Positions 9,547 to 18,739 of a DNA stretch of 39,910 nt are shown here, in pieces (the first letter of the stretch is position 1; each line of letters begins with the position of its first letter). The DNA lies in the IMG/VR virus record IMGVR_UViG_3300037461_000170, positions 1-39,910 of that record. One strand, given 5' to 3'. A program made the translations under genes and the position numbers. Below the pieces are notes generated by a model. That model worked only from the letters and a program-made list of their open reading frames with translations, searched no databases and was not told the origin of the DNA. This DNA is from a virus. Its lineage: Duplodnaviria; Caudoviricetes.

Positions 9547-10059
9547 ATGGCTGATGACTTCGTAGGTGGTTCCTATACGTTCGCGGGCGATGAAATCTCG
9601 TCTAAGGTATACGCGCGGATCAAGCTGATCCACGGCGCGGACGGGGTGAACGCGGGGGACGTGGCGCTTGCCAATCCGCTGCCGACGACGCCGATCGGCA
9701 TCGCCACAAACGGCCTGACGATCCATCGCTCCATTGACCTGGACGAGTCCGAGGAAGAAGTTAAGGCGACGGCGGGCGTGGTCTACGGCATGTGGGTGTG
9801 CAATCTCGCCACGACGACGCGCTATATCAAGTTCTACAACGCGGCAGCGGCCGACGTGACGGTGGGCACGACGACGCCGGTCATCACCATCCCGATCCCC
9901 GGCAATTCAGCCGACGACGTGAGCGGAGCGTTCAACGTCGGCGGGATGGGGATCGGATTCGGCACGGCGATCTGCATCGCTGCGACGACGGGGCTGGCGG
10001 ACAACGATACCGGGGCACCGAGCGCCGGGGATGTCGTGGCGAACGTGTTCTTTAAATGA
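9547..10059 (+). CDS. Virion accessory/fibre protein
   Basis: 170 aa, beta-rich (VKATAGVVYG, YIKFYN, VTVGTTTP, GIGFGTAI); lies inside the tail cassette. Confidence 0.55.
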   Translation: MADDFVGGSYTFAGDEISSKVYARIKLIHGADGVNAGDVALANPLPTTPIGIATNGLTIHRSIDLDESEEEVKATAGVVYGMWVCNLATTTRYIKFYNAAAADVTVGTTTPVITIPIPGNSADDVSGAFNVGGMGIGFGTAICIAATTGLADNDTGAPSAGDVVANVFFK

Positions 10060-10823
10060 CCTTCGGTCCTGCCCCGCTGCCGTCCATCGGGTTGCTGTAT
10101 GACCCGACGGCGTACGAGCCGGGGCTATTTGCCCTTAGAGGATACAAAGCGGAACTGCTCTACGGCCGTAAGCTCGCGGCCGAGTATGCCGAGTACGCGA
10201 TCACCGGGCAGGATGCCGATCTTACGAAGGACACGCCGACGCCGATCGGTGCGGGTCCGCTGCCGCCGTTCACCTACCTGACGTTCGGTGCGGCAGGCGT
10301 ATCCGTCATGCCGGCGGAGACGGGCTACTACGCGCTCAACGGGCAGGCAGCGGCGTTGCTCAAGGGTCGCGGGCTGACGGGCGAGCCGGGGCTGTGGACG
10401 ATCAGCGTGGCGCCCGCGCTGCGCGACATTGAATTGACCGCAGCGGTGCGGTTGTTCCAAGTGCTCGGGCAGGATGCGACGATGACCTGGGCGCGCGGCA
10501 TGGCCGGGGCGTATGGCAGCTATACGCTGACCGGGCAGGCGGCGGGATACGTCCTCGTTTCCGGCCCTGATCGCAGCATGTCGGCAGACCCCGGTCGCTG
10601 GTACATGAACCTTATTGACCGATTGCCTCCCGGTGTCGGCTATGAAAACGCAACGCTGATCTATACGCGGCAATTGCAATGCGACGCAGGGGTGTTCACG
10701 TTGACGGGGCAATCCGCGACGTTAGCGGGGCCAGTATGGTCCGATGTGTCGGATAGTTCGGGCACATGGACCTATGTCACGCCGGGCGGGGGAGTGTGGA
10801 TAGATGTCGATCCAGATAGTTGA
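10056..10823 (+). CDS. Repeat-containing fibre backbone protein (cassette B)
   Basis: About 7-8 copies of G-x-[YFW]-x-L-x-G-Q-x-A-x-L, two GPxPLP/GAGPLP motifs and a C-terminal W-x-x-V triplet. Confidence 0.6.
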   Translation: MTFGPAPLPSIGLLYDPTAYEPGLFALRGYKAELLYGRKLAAEYAEYAITGQDADLTKDTPTPIGAGPLPPFTYLTFGAAGVSVMPAETGYYALNGQAAALLKGRGLTGEPGLWTISVAPALRDIELTAAVRLFQVLGQDATMTWARGMAGAYGSYTLTGQAAGYVLVSGPDRSMSADPGRWYMNLIDRLPPGVGYENATLIYTRQLQCDAGVFTLTGQSATLAGPVWSDVSDSSGTWTYVTPGGGVWIDVDPDS

Positions 10824-12345
10824 TGCGACGTACGTTCCCGATCTCGACGGGGCGCGGATTCCCGGCGCGCTGATCGGCATGACCGGGTTTGCCCCGCTGC
10901 AGCGCGGGCCGTACGGCAGCGTGAGTGCCAATGACGTGTTCCAAGTGCTCGGCGTCGATGTGCTGCGGGCGCAGACGTTCCGGCAGGTCGACGACAGCGT
11001 GCGCCTGCTGGTGTTCAGCAAGGAGAAAATCCACGAGTACACCACGGCGGGCGTGCGGACGGAACGGGGCAGCGGCTATAGCGCGAGCACGACCGACTGG
11101 GACGCCGCAGCGTGGGGGAACAATATCTACGCCTGCAACAAGCTCGACGCCACGCAGGTCAGCACGGGCGCCGCGTTTGCGGCGGTAGGTGACGATTGCC
11201 CGAAGGCGCGCTACATCGCGGCCAACGTCAACTTCGTCATGCTGGCCGACACCCACGACGGGTCCGATGATCTCTCGGATCAGGTCTGGTGGAGTGCGCT
11301 GCAAAACCCTACCGAGTGGACGCCGGCCATCGCCACGCAGGCGGGCAAGGTCCGGCTGCTGGATGCGCCGGGGCCGATCAAGCAACTGGTGGCGTTCCGT
11401 GACCTGTTCGTGGCGTTCAAAGAGTCCAGCGTCTTTGTGGGCGAGTACGTCGGCCCGCCGTACATCTTTCAGTGGCGCATGGTGTCATCGCGCATCGGCC
11501 TGTCGGCGCCTAACGGCGTGGTGGAACTGGACGACAAGCTATATTGGGTGCATACGAGCGGCATCTACCAGTGGGACGGCAACACGTTGCAGAACATCGG
11601 CTTGCCGGTGTGGCAATCAATCCTGAATCAGTTCGGACACAACGGCTATCCCGCCGAGGCTGAAATCCCGTCGCCTGGGGCGGGCTTTGTAGCCACGTCG
11701 ATTGGACAGCTGCGATTGGCGGCCGACGACGTGGATGGCGTGGTGTGGCTGTCGTGCTACGCGCAGAAGCTACTCGACTCGACCTACAACGTGTTCATGT
11801 GGGGGTACAACGCCCGAACAAACAAGTGGGCGACGGTGGGCGCGGCGGGCATCAGCGGGGTCACGCCGCAGCCGTGGGTCACCACGACGCATGCGGATAT
11901 GCGGGCGTTTCTTGCGACAACGATGCCAGCGCAAGCGCGGGTGTGGTATCTGGACAACCGGGCTAACGGATCGGATGGCGGGGTCAGCCTGTCGACGCTG
12001 CGCGACCTGCGCTACCCGGATGCGTGGGGGAGCGACATTACCGGCTCGGTATCGACGGCGGCGCAGGGCACGCCGGAGCGCAGCACGGATGCGATGCGGG
12101 TATACGCACGCTGCCTGCCGGGGTCGGATGCGGCGCCGTTCTCGGCCTGCACACTGTACGGTTATGTGAACGAGTCGCGCAGCCTGGGCACGCAGACGGC
12201 GACGTGCGTGCTGAATGCCGAGTTGGATTCATTCGATGGGCGACTATCAACGCGGTTCAAGCTGGCGAACCTAGTGGGCACGCGCAACAAGTGGTGCTTG
12301 CTCGCGGGCATCGGCATTGAGTATCCGCAGACGGGTGGCCGATGA
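10804..12345 (+). CDS. Tail nozzle / packaged-DNA stabilisation protein (P22 gp10-like)
   Basis: 513 aa with propeller-like motifs (VWWSALQNPTEW, LFVAFKESSV, GIYQWDG); sits before the ejection genes. Confidence 0.7.
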   Translation: MSIQIVDATYVPDLDGARIPGALIGMTGFAPLQRGPYGSVSANDVFQVLGVDVLRAQTFRQVDDSVRLLVFSKEKIHEYTTAGVRTERGSGYSASTTDWDAAAWGNNIYACNKLDATQVSTGAAFAAVGDDCPKARYIAANVNFVMLADTHDGSDDLSDQVWWSALQNPTEWTPAIATQAGKVRLLDAPGPIKQLVAFRDLFVAFKESSVFVGEYVGPPYIFQWRMVSSRIGLSAPNGVVELDDKLYWVHTSGIYQWDGNTLQNIGLPVWQSILNQFGHNGYPAEAEIPSPGAGFVATSIGQLRLAADDVDGVVWLSCYAQKLLDSTYNVFMWGYNARTNKWATVGAAGISGVTPQPWVTTTHADMRAFLATTMPAQARVWYLDNRANGSDGGVSLSTLRDLRYPDAWGSDITGSVSTAAQGTPERSTDAMRVYARCLPGSDAAPFSACTLYGYVNESRSLGTQTATCVLNAELDSFDGRLSTRFKLANLVGTRNKWCLLAGIGIEYPQTGGR

Positions 12346-12611
12346 GCCTTGTTCGTCCGCGCTATCCGGCCTCGCAGCGGGACTATGACCGCATCGCCAC
12401 GGCCATCCGGCAGGTCAATGAGGGGCGGCTAACGGGCGCCATTGCGTTGACCGCAGCGCCGACGCAAGGCCAGTGGGCGGCGGGTGACATCGTGCGCAAC
12501 AGTGCGCCCGCGAAGGTGACGGGCGGCGCGTTTAACTATGTGCTCATGGGATGGATTTGTGTCGCGTCCGATCCGCTCGCGTTCGAGGAAATGCGGATAC
12601 CTTGCGCATGA
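12342..12611 (+). CDS. Short tail needle/spike-like protein
   Basis: N-terminal helix plus APTQGQWAAGDIVRNSAP...GWICV, a motif typical of tailspike ends. Confidence 0.5.
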   Translation: MSLVRPRYPASQRDYDRIATAIRQVNEGRLTGAIALTAAPTQGQWAAGDIVRNSAPAKVTGGAFNYVLMGWICVASDPLAFEEMRIPCA

Positions 12612-12997
12612 TCGAACAGGCGAAGAACTGGCGATCCCTGTGGCCTTGGGTATCGGACGGGCTGTGGGACATCATCGAGCGGACCAATCCGACGTGGATA
12701 CCCGAGGACGTTTACGCGGAACTGAAGGCGGGCTCGGCGGTGCTGATGACCATCGACGGCGAGCGCGGATTTGTGATCGTCAAGCGGCTGCAGGACTACG
12801 ATGGGCCGAGTCTGTTCCTGTGGGTGATGTGGGGGCCGGGCGAGTTGGCGCGGATGTACGACGGGATTATGGACGAGTTAGACAATTTGGCGCGTGCTGC
12901 CGGGTGTGAGCGCATTCGGATGATGTCGCCCCGCAAGGGGTGGCACAAGGTCCGTGGCTGGCGCGAACGCGATACGATTTATGAGAGGTCACTATGA
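12608..12997 (+). CDS. GNAT-fold-like tail assembly protein (P22 gp14/T7 gp13 position)
   Basis: ATGA-coupled; ARAAGCERIRMMSPRKGW motif; position between nozzle and ejection genes. Confidence 0.55.
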   Translation: MIEQAKNWRSLWPWVSDGLWDIIERTNPTWIPEDVYAELKAGSAVLMTIDGERGFVIVKRLQDYDGPSLFLWVMWGPGELARMYDGIMDELDNLARAAGCERIRMMSPRKGWHKVRGWRERDTIYERSL

Positions 12998-13866
12998 GCG
13001 GAATGTTCGGCAGCGATAGCCAGTCCACGCAGGAATGGAAGCCGCCAGATTGGACGCAGGACAAGTGGCAGGAGGGCGTCAATCGCGCCTACGAGATCAG
13101 CAACGCCTACGGCAGCGGCAAGGATCTGTCGTGGCAAGGCCCGTTCTCGGCGCCGCTGACGACGGAGCAGGTCGATGCGATCGGCGGCCTGCGCGGCATG
13201 GCGATGCCCCTGTTCGGCAATCCCCAATCCATGCAGGACGAGCAGGGTGCGCAGCACAACACGATGATGCAAGGGCTGACCGGCGGCATGCAGAACAGCT
13301 ACGGCGGGCAGTCTAATCCGTTCGGCGGCGCGACCAATCCCGAGTTCGAGAAGATGCTCGCATCGACCCGGCAAGGGATGGAGGACAGCTTTGCGAGGGG
13401 GACGGCCGCGAACACTAACGCGGCAGCGGCGCGCGGTGGTGCGTTCGGCGGCTCGGCGCACAACGAACTGGCGGCGGTGCAGGGTGGCGAGCTCGCCAAG
13501 CAGGTCGCAGGCATGGAAAGCGGGATGCGCAACGACCAGTACAACCGCGCGGCGGGACTGTGGGGGCAGGACATCGGCAGGAACGCGGGCTTGGAGGAAA
13601 CGGGATTTGGCCGGCAGCTGCAGACGTTGTCGATGATGCCAACTTTCCAAGCCGGGAATGTGAATTTATTGAACGCGCTGCTCGGCGGGGGCGAACTCTC
13701 GCGCGGGCTGGATCAGCAGGAGTTGCAGGGCCAGATGGGCCGGCACCAGCAGAACGTGCAGCAGCCGATTGCTGCGCTGAACATCCTGATGGATGCGCTG
13801 GCGCGGGCGTCGGGCGGCGGCGGCACGTCGCGCACGTCGATCAGCGGCGGCGGCCTGTTCGGGTAA
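12994..13866 (+). CDS. DNA ejection (internal virion) protein
   Basis: G/Q/A-rich helical protein with a GGAFGGS motif; position. Confidence 0.7.
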   Translation: MSGMFGSDSQSTQEWKPPDWTQDKWQEGVNRAYEISNAYGSGKDLSWQGPFSAPLTTEQVDAIGGLRGMAMPLFGNPQSMQDEQGAQHNTMMQGLTGGMQNSYGGQSNPFGGATNPEFEKMLASTRQGMEDSFARGTAANTNAAAARGGAFGGSAHNELAAVQGGELAKQVAGMESGMRNDQYNRAAGLWGQDIGRNAGLEETGFGRQLQTLSMMPTFQAGNVNLLNALLGGGELSRGLDQQELQGQMGRHQQNVQQPIAALNILMDALARASGGGGTSRTSISGGGLFG

Positions 13867-13874
13867 GGGGCGAC

Positions 13875-14351
13875 ATGAGCGGATTTACTGGACTGGATCT
13901 GTTGAAGACCACGACGCTCGGCGGCAATCCCGAGGCCAATGTAGCGATTGCGACGGCGATGCTTGGCGGCATGGGCGGCGGGCCGGGAGCTTCGACAGGT
14001 AGCGCCGGCATGGAAGGCTTGTTCGGCGCGGGGCCGGGTACGTCGGCAATGAGCAAGAGTCTGATGGCACCGGAAGCGGCCACGCCGTGGGTGACGGAAG
14101 CGGCCACGAGCGGCGATGCACTGGCGAAGTTCCTATCGCCGGAGACGTTCGGCATGGGGGCGCCGCCGGGGGCGGAATCGTCGTTCCCGTGGGGCAAGGT
14201 GACGGACGCGCTGGGGCAGATGAAGAACGACACGGCGACACCGCCGACCGCGATGGGCAGTCGCCCGCCGGGGTATGACCCGAAGGCGTCGATGGAAGAC
14301 CAATTCGCCGCCATTATGGGCTGGCTAAAAGAGAACGGAGGTCGGGTATGA
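13875..14351 (+). CDS. Putative ejection protein (Gly/Ala/Met-rich)
   Basis: AAGGGG RBS before ATG 13875; inside the ejection cluster. Confidence 0.55.
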   Translation: MSGFTGLDLLKTTTLGGNPEANVAIATAMLGGMGGGPGASTGSAGMEGLFGAGPGTSAMSKSLMAPEAATPWVTEAATSGDALAKFLSPETFGMGAPPGAESSFPWGKVTDALGQMKNDTATPPTAMGSRPPGYDPKASMEDQFAAIMGWLKENGGRV

Positions 14352-15346
14352 GCGGCGGCGGATACGGGCAACAACAGGGATCGCCCTGGGGCGCGCAGAG
14401 CGGCGGCAACATGTACAGGCCTGACGGCTTCGGCGGCGGCAAGGGCTACTCGCTCACCGGCTCGCAGCCGTGGCTGAATCAGCCGACGACCAATCCCGTC
14501 AGCCAGCCGTCGCCGATGGATCAGGCGTTTGCGCCGACGCAGGGCATGGGCGGGCCGATGCCGTGGTCGGGCGATCCGGCGGCGATGGGACAGACCAACG
14601 GTCAAATTACGGGCACGGGCCAGTTCGGCGGCACCATGGGCCAGCCGCTTGGTATGGACGCAGGTCAAGCGGGCGGCAACATGGGCGCGCAGTGGAATTA
14701 CGCTGGTAGGCGTACGGATCAAGGCAGTGGCGGGGTCAATCCCCTGGCCGGTATGGCGACGACGAATCCCGTCGGCGGGGGTGGGTACGGGCCTGACGGC
14801 TTCGGGGGTGGGCCTGGGTATTCGCTGACCGGCGGTTCGCAATCAGGCGGGAGCGGTTTGCTAGGCAGCCGGTCGCAACCGGGTAGCTATCAAGACTATA
14901 TGAACCGCCGTCAGGCGTGGAGCGATCAACTGCGCGGCTACGTTTCGCCTCCTCCGCAGCCGACGTGGGGCGGTCAGCCTGGACCGGGACAGCCGCCGGT
15001 CACGTCGGTGCCACCGGGCGGTCCCGCGCCGAAGCAGGGCGTAGGTCCGAAGCAGAGCGGCGCATCATCGTGGGCGCCTGAACAGTACAACAACAACGGC
15101 GCGACGATGCAGCAGTTCGATCAACTGTTCAAGGAAGATCCGCGTCTGGCGTATCAACTGATGCTGCGCAACGGGCCGCAGCCTTGGAATCAAAACAAGT
15201 CGGCCATCCAACAAAAGTACTTTGGCGGTGACGCGAACGCTTATAACAATTTCGTGAACACGTCCGGGTCTAGACCGCTGTCGAATCAGGAACGGTGGCG
15301 CTTGAACGACATGATTGGTCTTCCGTCGCCGGATCGGATGGGATAG
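14348..15346 (+). CDS. Low-complexity G/Q/P/M-rich putative ejection protein
   Basis: Mostly disordered composition; duplicated PDGFGGGxGYSLTG motif. Confidence 0.55.
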   Translation: MSGGGYGQQQGSPWGAQSGGNMYRPDGFGGGKGYSLTGSQPWLNQPTTNPVSQPSPMDQAFAPTQGMGGPMPWSGDPAAMGQTNGQITGTGQFGGTMGQPLGMDAGQAGGNMGAQWNYAGRRTDQGSGGVNPLAGMATTNPVGGGGYGPDGFGGGPGYSLTGGSQSGGSGLLGSRSQPGSYQDYMNRRQAWSDQLRGYVSPPPQPTWGGQPGPGQPPVTSVPPGGPAPKQGVGPKQSGASSWAPEQYNNNGATMQQFDQLFKEDPRLAYQLMLRNGPQPWNQNKSAIQQKYFGGDANAYNNFVNTSGSRPLSNQERWRLNDMIGLPSPDRMG

Positions 15347-15355
15347 GAGATCGCT

Positions 15356-16687
15356 ATGCCGGGCCTGTTCGGAATGGACGAGGACACGCAGCTGGGCCTG
15401 CTGTCGGCGGTGCTGGGCGCGATGTCCGCGACCGGCGTGAAGCCGGGGACGGCGCTCGCGCGAGGCGGGCTGCTGGGCATGAGCGCGATGCAGAACGCGC
15501 GGGCGGGCAAAGACGAGGCGGCGCGGCGGCAGCGCGAGGACGAGTTCCGGCAGATGCAGATGGAGGATTACCGCCGGAAGTTGGCCGATGCGGAGCGCAC
15601 TAAGCAGGGCTACGGCAACGCGCTAAATGCCGCGATCAATCCAGGCAGTCCAGGCGGCATGGGTGCTGTGGATATGGGTATGGACGCGGGCGTGCAGCCG
15701 CCGACGCCGGCCTCGTTCGATCTGCAAAAGTATGCGATGGGGCTGCGTGATGTTGATCCGGTGAAGTCGGCGGAACTGCTGATTCCGAAAGCGCAGAAGT
15801 CGCCTTATGCGGAGATCGACCCGAGCAAGTACACGGCGGACTCACTGGCTGCGTTTAAGCGCACGGGCGACCATTCAATGCTGCGGACACCGCAGAAGGC
15901 GCCGGAGTCGCCCATTAGCAAGGTATCGCCCGGAGACTTCACGCCCGCAAGCGTAGCGAAGTACCAGCAGACGGGAAACTATGCCGACCTAGTACTGATT
16001 GACAAGACGCCGCGCATCTCCAATACGACCATCGTCGCTCCCGGTCAAAACGAGTTTGATAAGACGATGGGCAAGGGGCGCGCGGAATCGTACCTTGATC
16101 TGCAAAAAGCTGGAAACTCGGCGCGAGCGAAGATCGGCAGGCTAGATGCAATCGGGGCATTGCTTGACGGCATCGACACGGGAGGCCTTACGCCGACCGG
16201 CGTGGCTGTTGCCAACTATGCCAAGTCTCTTGGTATCACGCTCGACCCGAATCTAGGGCCGAAACAAGCGGCCGATGCGTTGAGTAAGGAGATGGCGCTG
16301 CAGATGCGCAACCCAAGTGGTGGCGCAGGGATGCCGGGCGCGTTGTCGGATCAAGACCGGAACTACCTAACTGCGATGCAGCCGGGGATCGAGAAAAGCC
16401 CGGAGGGGCGCAAGCAAATCATCGTCGTCCAGAAGGCTATCGCCAAGCGCGATATGGAAGTTGCAGAGAAGGCACGGCAATACGTCGCCAAGCACAAGCA
16501 ATTGGACGAAGGGTTCTATACGGAACTCGCGCAATTCGCAGACGCCAATCCGTTGTTTGGCAATAAGCAGGGGCTGGCTACGGGCGGCAGCAAGAGTCCT
16601 GCGCTGCCAAGAGTTGGCGAAGTCAAAGACGGATATCGCTATCGCGGCGGCGATCCCGCGAATCCGACCAGTTGGGAGAGGCAGTAA
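15356..16687 (+). CDS. DNA ejection protein
   Basis: AGGAG RBS; GALSDQD motif; two internal ~30-aa repeats; C-terminal GEVKDGYRYRGGDP...W. Confidence 0.7.
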   Translation: MPGLFGMDEDTQLGLLSAVLGAMSATGVKPGTALARGGLLGMSAMQNARAGKDEAARRQREDEFRQMQMEDYRRKLADAERTKQGYGNALNAAINPGSPGGMGAVDMGMDAGVQPPTPASFDLQKYAMGLRDVDPVKSAELLIPKAQKSPYAEIDPSKYTADSLAAFKRTGDHSMLRTPQKAPESPISKVSPGDFTPASVAKYQQTGNYADLVLIDKTPRISNTTIVAPGQNEFDKTMGKGRAESYLDLQKAGNSARAKIGRLDAIGALLDGIDTGGLTPTGVAVANYAKSLGITLDPNLGPKQAADALSKEMALQMRNPSGGAGMPGALSDQDRNYLTAMQPGIEKSPEGRKQIIVVQKAIAKRDMEVAEKARQYVAKHKQLDEGFYTELAQFADANPLFGNKQGLATGGSKSPALPRVGEVKDGYRYRGGDPANPTSWERQ

Positions 16688-18228
16688 TGGCGAAGCCATG
16701 GGAAGCGTATCAACAACGCGGACCGTGGGACGACTATCGCGCGCCGGATGCCGCTACCGATGTATCGTCACCGTGGCAAGCCGCTGCTATCGGCATGGGT
16801 CGTGCGTTTGATCGACAAGCAACCGGGCTGCGCTCGGCCATCCCGCAAGCGATCCGCGACCCCATCGACAAGCTCGGGCGTGCGCTCGGCATGGCCGAAT
16901 CTCCGTCGATCGACCCGGCGCAGATGCAGGCCGACACGGACGCCTATGCCAAGCTGGAGGAGAAGTTCCCGAAGGCAACGCTTGCCGGCGAGGTAGCGGA
17001 GCGATTTGTAACGCCGAGTCTTAGCGGTCAAGTTGCTCTGTCGCTCATGGAGCCTGGATCATGGGACGAGCGTGCTGTGCGCGGGGCGTTCACCTATGGC
17101 GCGGGGAAGGCAGGCGAGAAGGTCGGCGGGTGGGCAGCGGATAAGCTTGGCAAGATGGCGGCTGGCAAAGCGGCAGGACGGGCCACGCAGACGGCGCAGC
17201 AACAAACGGCAGAGGAAGCCATGCGCGCGGGCTACAAGCTGCCGCCGTCGCAGGTCAATCCGTCCGTGCTCAATCAACTGGCCGAGGGATTCTCCGGCAA
17301 GATCAAGACGCAACAGGCGGCGGCGGTCGCAAACGAGCCCGTGTCGATCGCGCTGGCAAAGAAGGCGATAGAGTTGCCCGACGATGTGCCGCTGACTCGC
17401 GCTGCCGTCAAGCAAGTGCGGCAAAAGGCCGGTGAGGTCTATGAGACGGTCAAGAAGTTCGGGACGATGCAGGCCGATGACGCCTTCAATAATGCCCGCG
17501 ATGGCATCTTTGCCGAATATAGACAAGTAGCGGCAGAGTTCCCGAGTCAGGTCAATAAGCGGCTGGAAGCACTCGCGGAAGACCTATCCAAGCCGCAATT
17601 CTCTAGCGCCGGCATTGTCGAGCTAGTCAAATCGCTGCGGCATAGCGGGCACCAGTTGATGCGCAAGCTCGACGCATCGCCCGAGGATATTGCGCTCGGT
17701 CGTGCGCAGCTAAAGGCGCAGGAAGCACTGGAAGACCTGATCGAAAGCAACATGAAGGGCTGGGGCATCTCGCTTGATCCGTTCCGCAAGGCGCGGACGT
17801 TGATCGCCAAGACGCACACCGTCGAGCGTGCGCTAGAGGAATCGACGGGCAAGATCGTAGCAAGCAAGATCGGCCGTCAGTATGCCAGCGGCAAGCCGCT
17901 CACAGGCGAACTAGCGACAATCGGCAAGACGGCCGAAGCGTTCCCGAGGGCGGTTCAGAACGTCAACACGTCGATGCCGATGATCTCGCCGCTCGACGCG
18001 GTGACGGCGATCGGCATGGGCTTTGTGCATCCTGCGGCAGCGGCGGGCGTGTTCGCGCGACCGGCGGTGCGTGCCGGCATCCTATCTGGCCCCTTCCAGC
18101 GCGGGTTGCTATCTAACGCACCGAGCGTCGGCGAACGCATGATGGCGCTTGCCGGCCGGAACCCTGACGAGCTTGCGCAACTCGGCGGGCTATTGGGCGC
18201 CATAGGCGGCCAGCGCCTAGGCCGATGA
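16687..18228 (+). CDS. Large DNA ejection protein
   Basis: N-terminal PWExY/PWDxY motifs, GYKLPPSQV, Ala-rich helices; last gene of the ejection cluster. Confidence 0.7.
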   Translation: MAKPWEAYQQRGPWDDYRAPDAATDVSSPWQAAAIGMGRAFDRQATGLRSAIPQAIRDPIDKLGRALGMAESPSIDPAQMQADTDAYAKLEEKFPKATLAGEVAERFVTPSLSGQVALSLMEPGSWDERAVRGAFTYGAGKAGEKVGGWAADKLGKMAAGKAAGRATQTAQQQTAEEAMRAGYKLPPSQVNPSVLNQLAEGFSGKIKTQQAAAVANEPVSIALAKKAIELPDDVPLTRAAVKQVRQKAGEVYETVKKFGTMQADDAFNNARDGIFAEYRQVAAEFPSQVNKRLEALAEDLSKPQFSSAGIVELVKSLRHSGHQLMRKLDASPEDIALGRAQLKAQEALEDLIESNMKGWGISLDPFRKARTLIAKTHTVERALEESTGKIVASKIGRQYASGKPLTGELATIGKTAEAFPRAVQNVNTSMPMISPLDAVTAIGMGFVHPAAAAGVFARPAVRAGILSGPFQRGLLSNAPSVGERMMALAGRNPDELAQLGGLLGAIGGQRLGR

Positions 18229-18370
18229 GGTAGCCGACGTTCGAGATCGGGCCGAACAGATACGGCTCAGAACGAGGAAAGAACCGACGCACAAACCACA
18301 GGCAAAGCGCGAGGATCGTTGCCCAGAACAGCGGCGCTAGGAACGCGACCCAAAGTCCGCTAGTTTCCAT
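18113..18370 (-). CDS. Small membrane protein, antisense to the late operon (possible superinfection exclusion)
   Basis: GGAGG RBS 7 nt upstream of the ATG; N-terminal TM helix; position after the ejection genes, as for P22 sieA. Confidence 0.45.
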   Translation of the reverse strand: METSGLWVAFLAPLFWATILALCLWFVRRFFPRSEPYLFGPISNVGYLIGLGAGRLWRPIARRVAQARQGSGRQAPSCVRRRSVR

Positions 18371-18371
18371 C

Positions 18372-18395
18372 AGCCCGCCTCCGTGCGGGCTTTTT
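18372..18395 (+). terminator. Rho-independent terminator
   Basis: AGCCCGC-ctccgt-GCGGGCT followed by TTTT. Confidence 0.7.
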
Positions 18396-18421
18396 CATGC
18401 CCGCCGCAGGGAGTGTATCGC

Positions 18422-18739
18422 ATGACCAATCACGAGGAGCACGACGCGCCCACGGAGTCATTTTGGGCCGGCAGCGTGTCCTGGGCGCAGTTGATGATTG
18501 CGCTCGTCACCATGCTGGCCGGCGGCGCCGCGTTCCTGATGGCGACCGAGCGCCGCATCACGCTGCTGGAGGAGCGGCAGTCCTACGTCCTGCGCACGAT
18601 CGCCAGCCACGAGGCCGAGATGGTGTCGCTGCGGCGCGAGATCCTGACCAAGCTAGAGACGATGGCGTCCGACATCAACCTGCTGCGGCTGGAACTCGCC
18701 AAGCATCAGGCGGCGATGAACGGTAACGCCGGCCGATGA
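18422..18739 (+). CDS. Single-TM coiled-coil lysis-cassette protein (holin/antiholin-like)
   Basis: GGGAG RBS; TM segment followed by a coiled coil; directly upstream of the endolysin. Confidence 0.5.
   Translation: MTNHEEHDAPTESFWAGSVSWAQLMIALVTMLAGGAAFLMATERRITLLEERQSYVLRTIASHEAEMVSLRREILTKLETMASDINLLRLELAKHQAAMNGNAGR

Noticed and set aside
10454-10952. 16-bp match TGTTCCAAGTGCTCGG in two adjacent tail genes
   Set aside because: A single short pair encoding FQVLG in both genes; no supporting structure.
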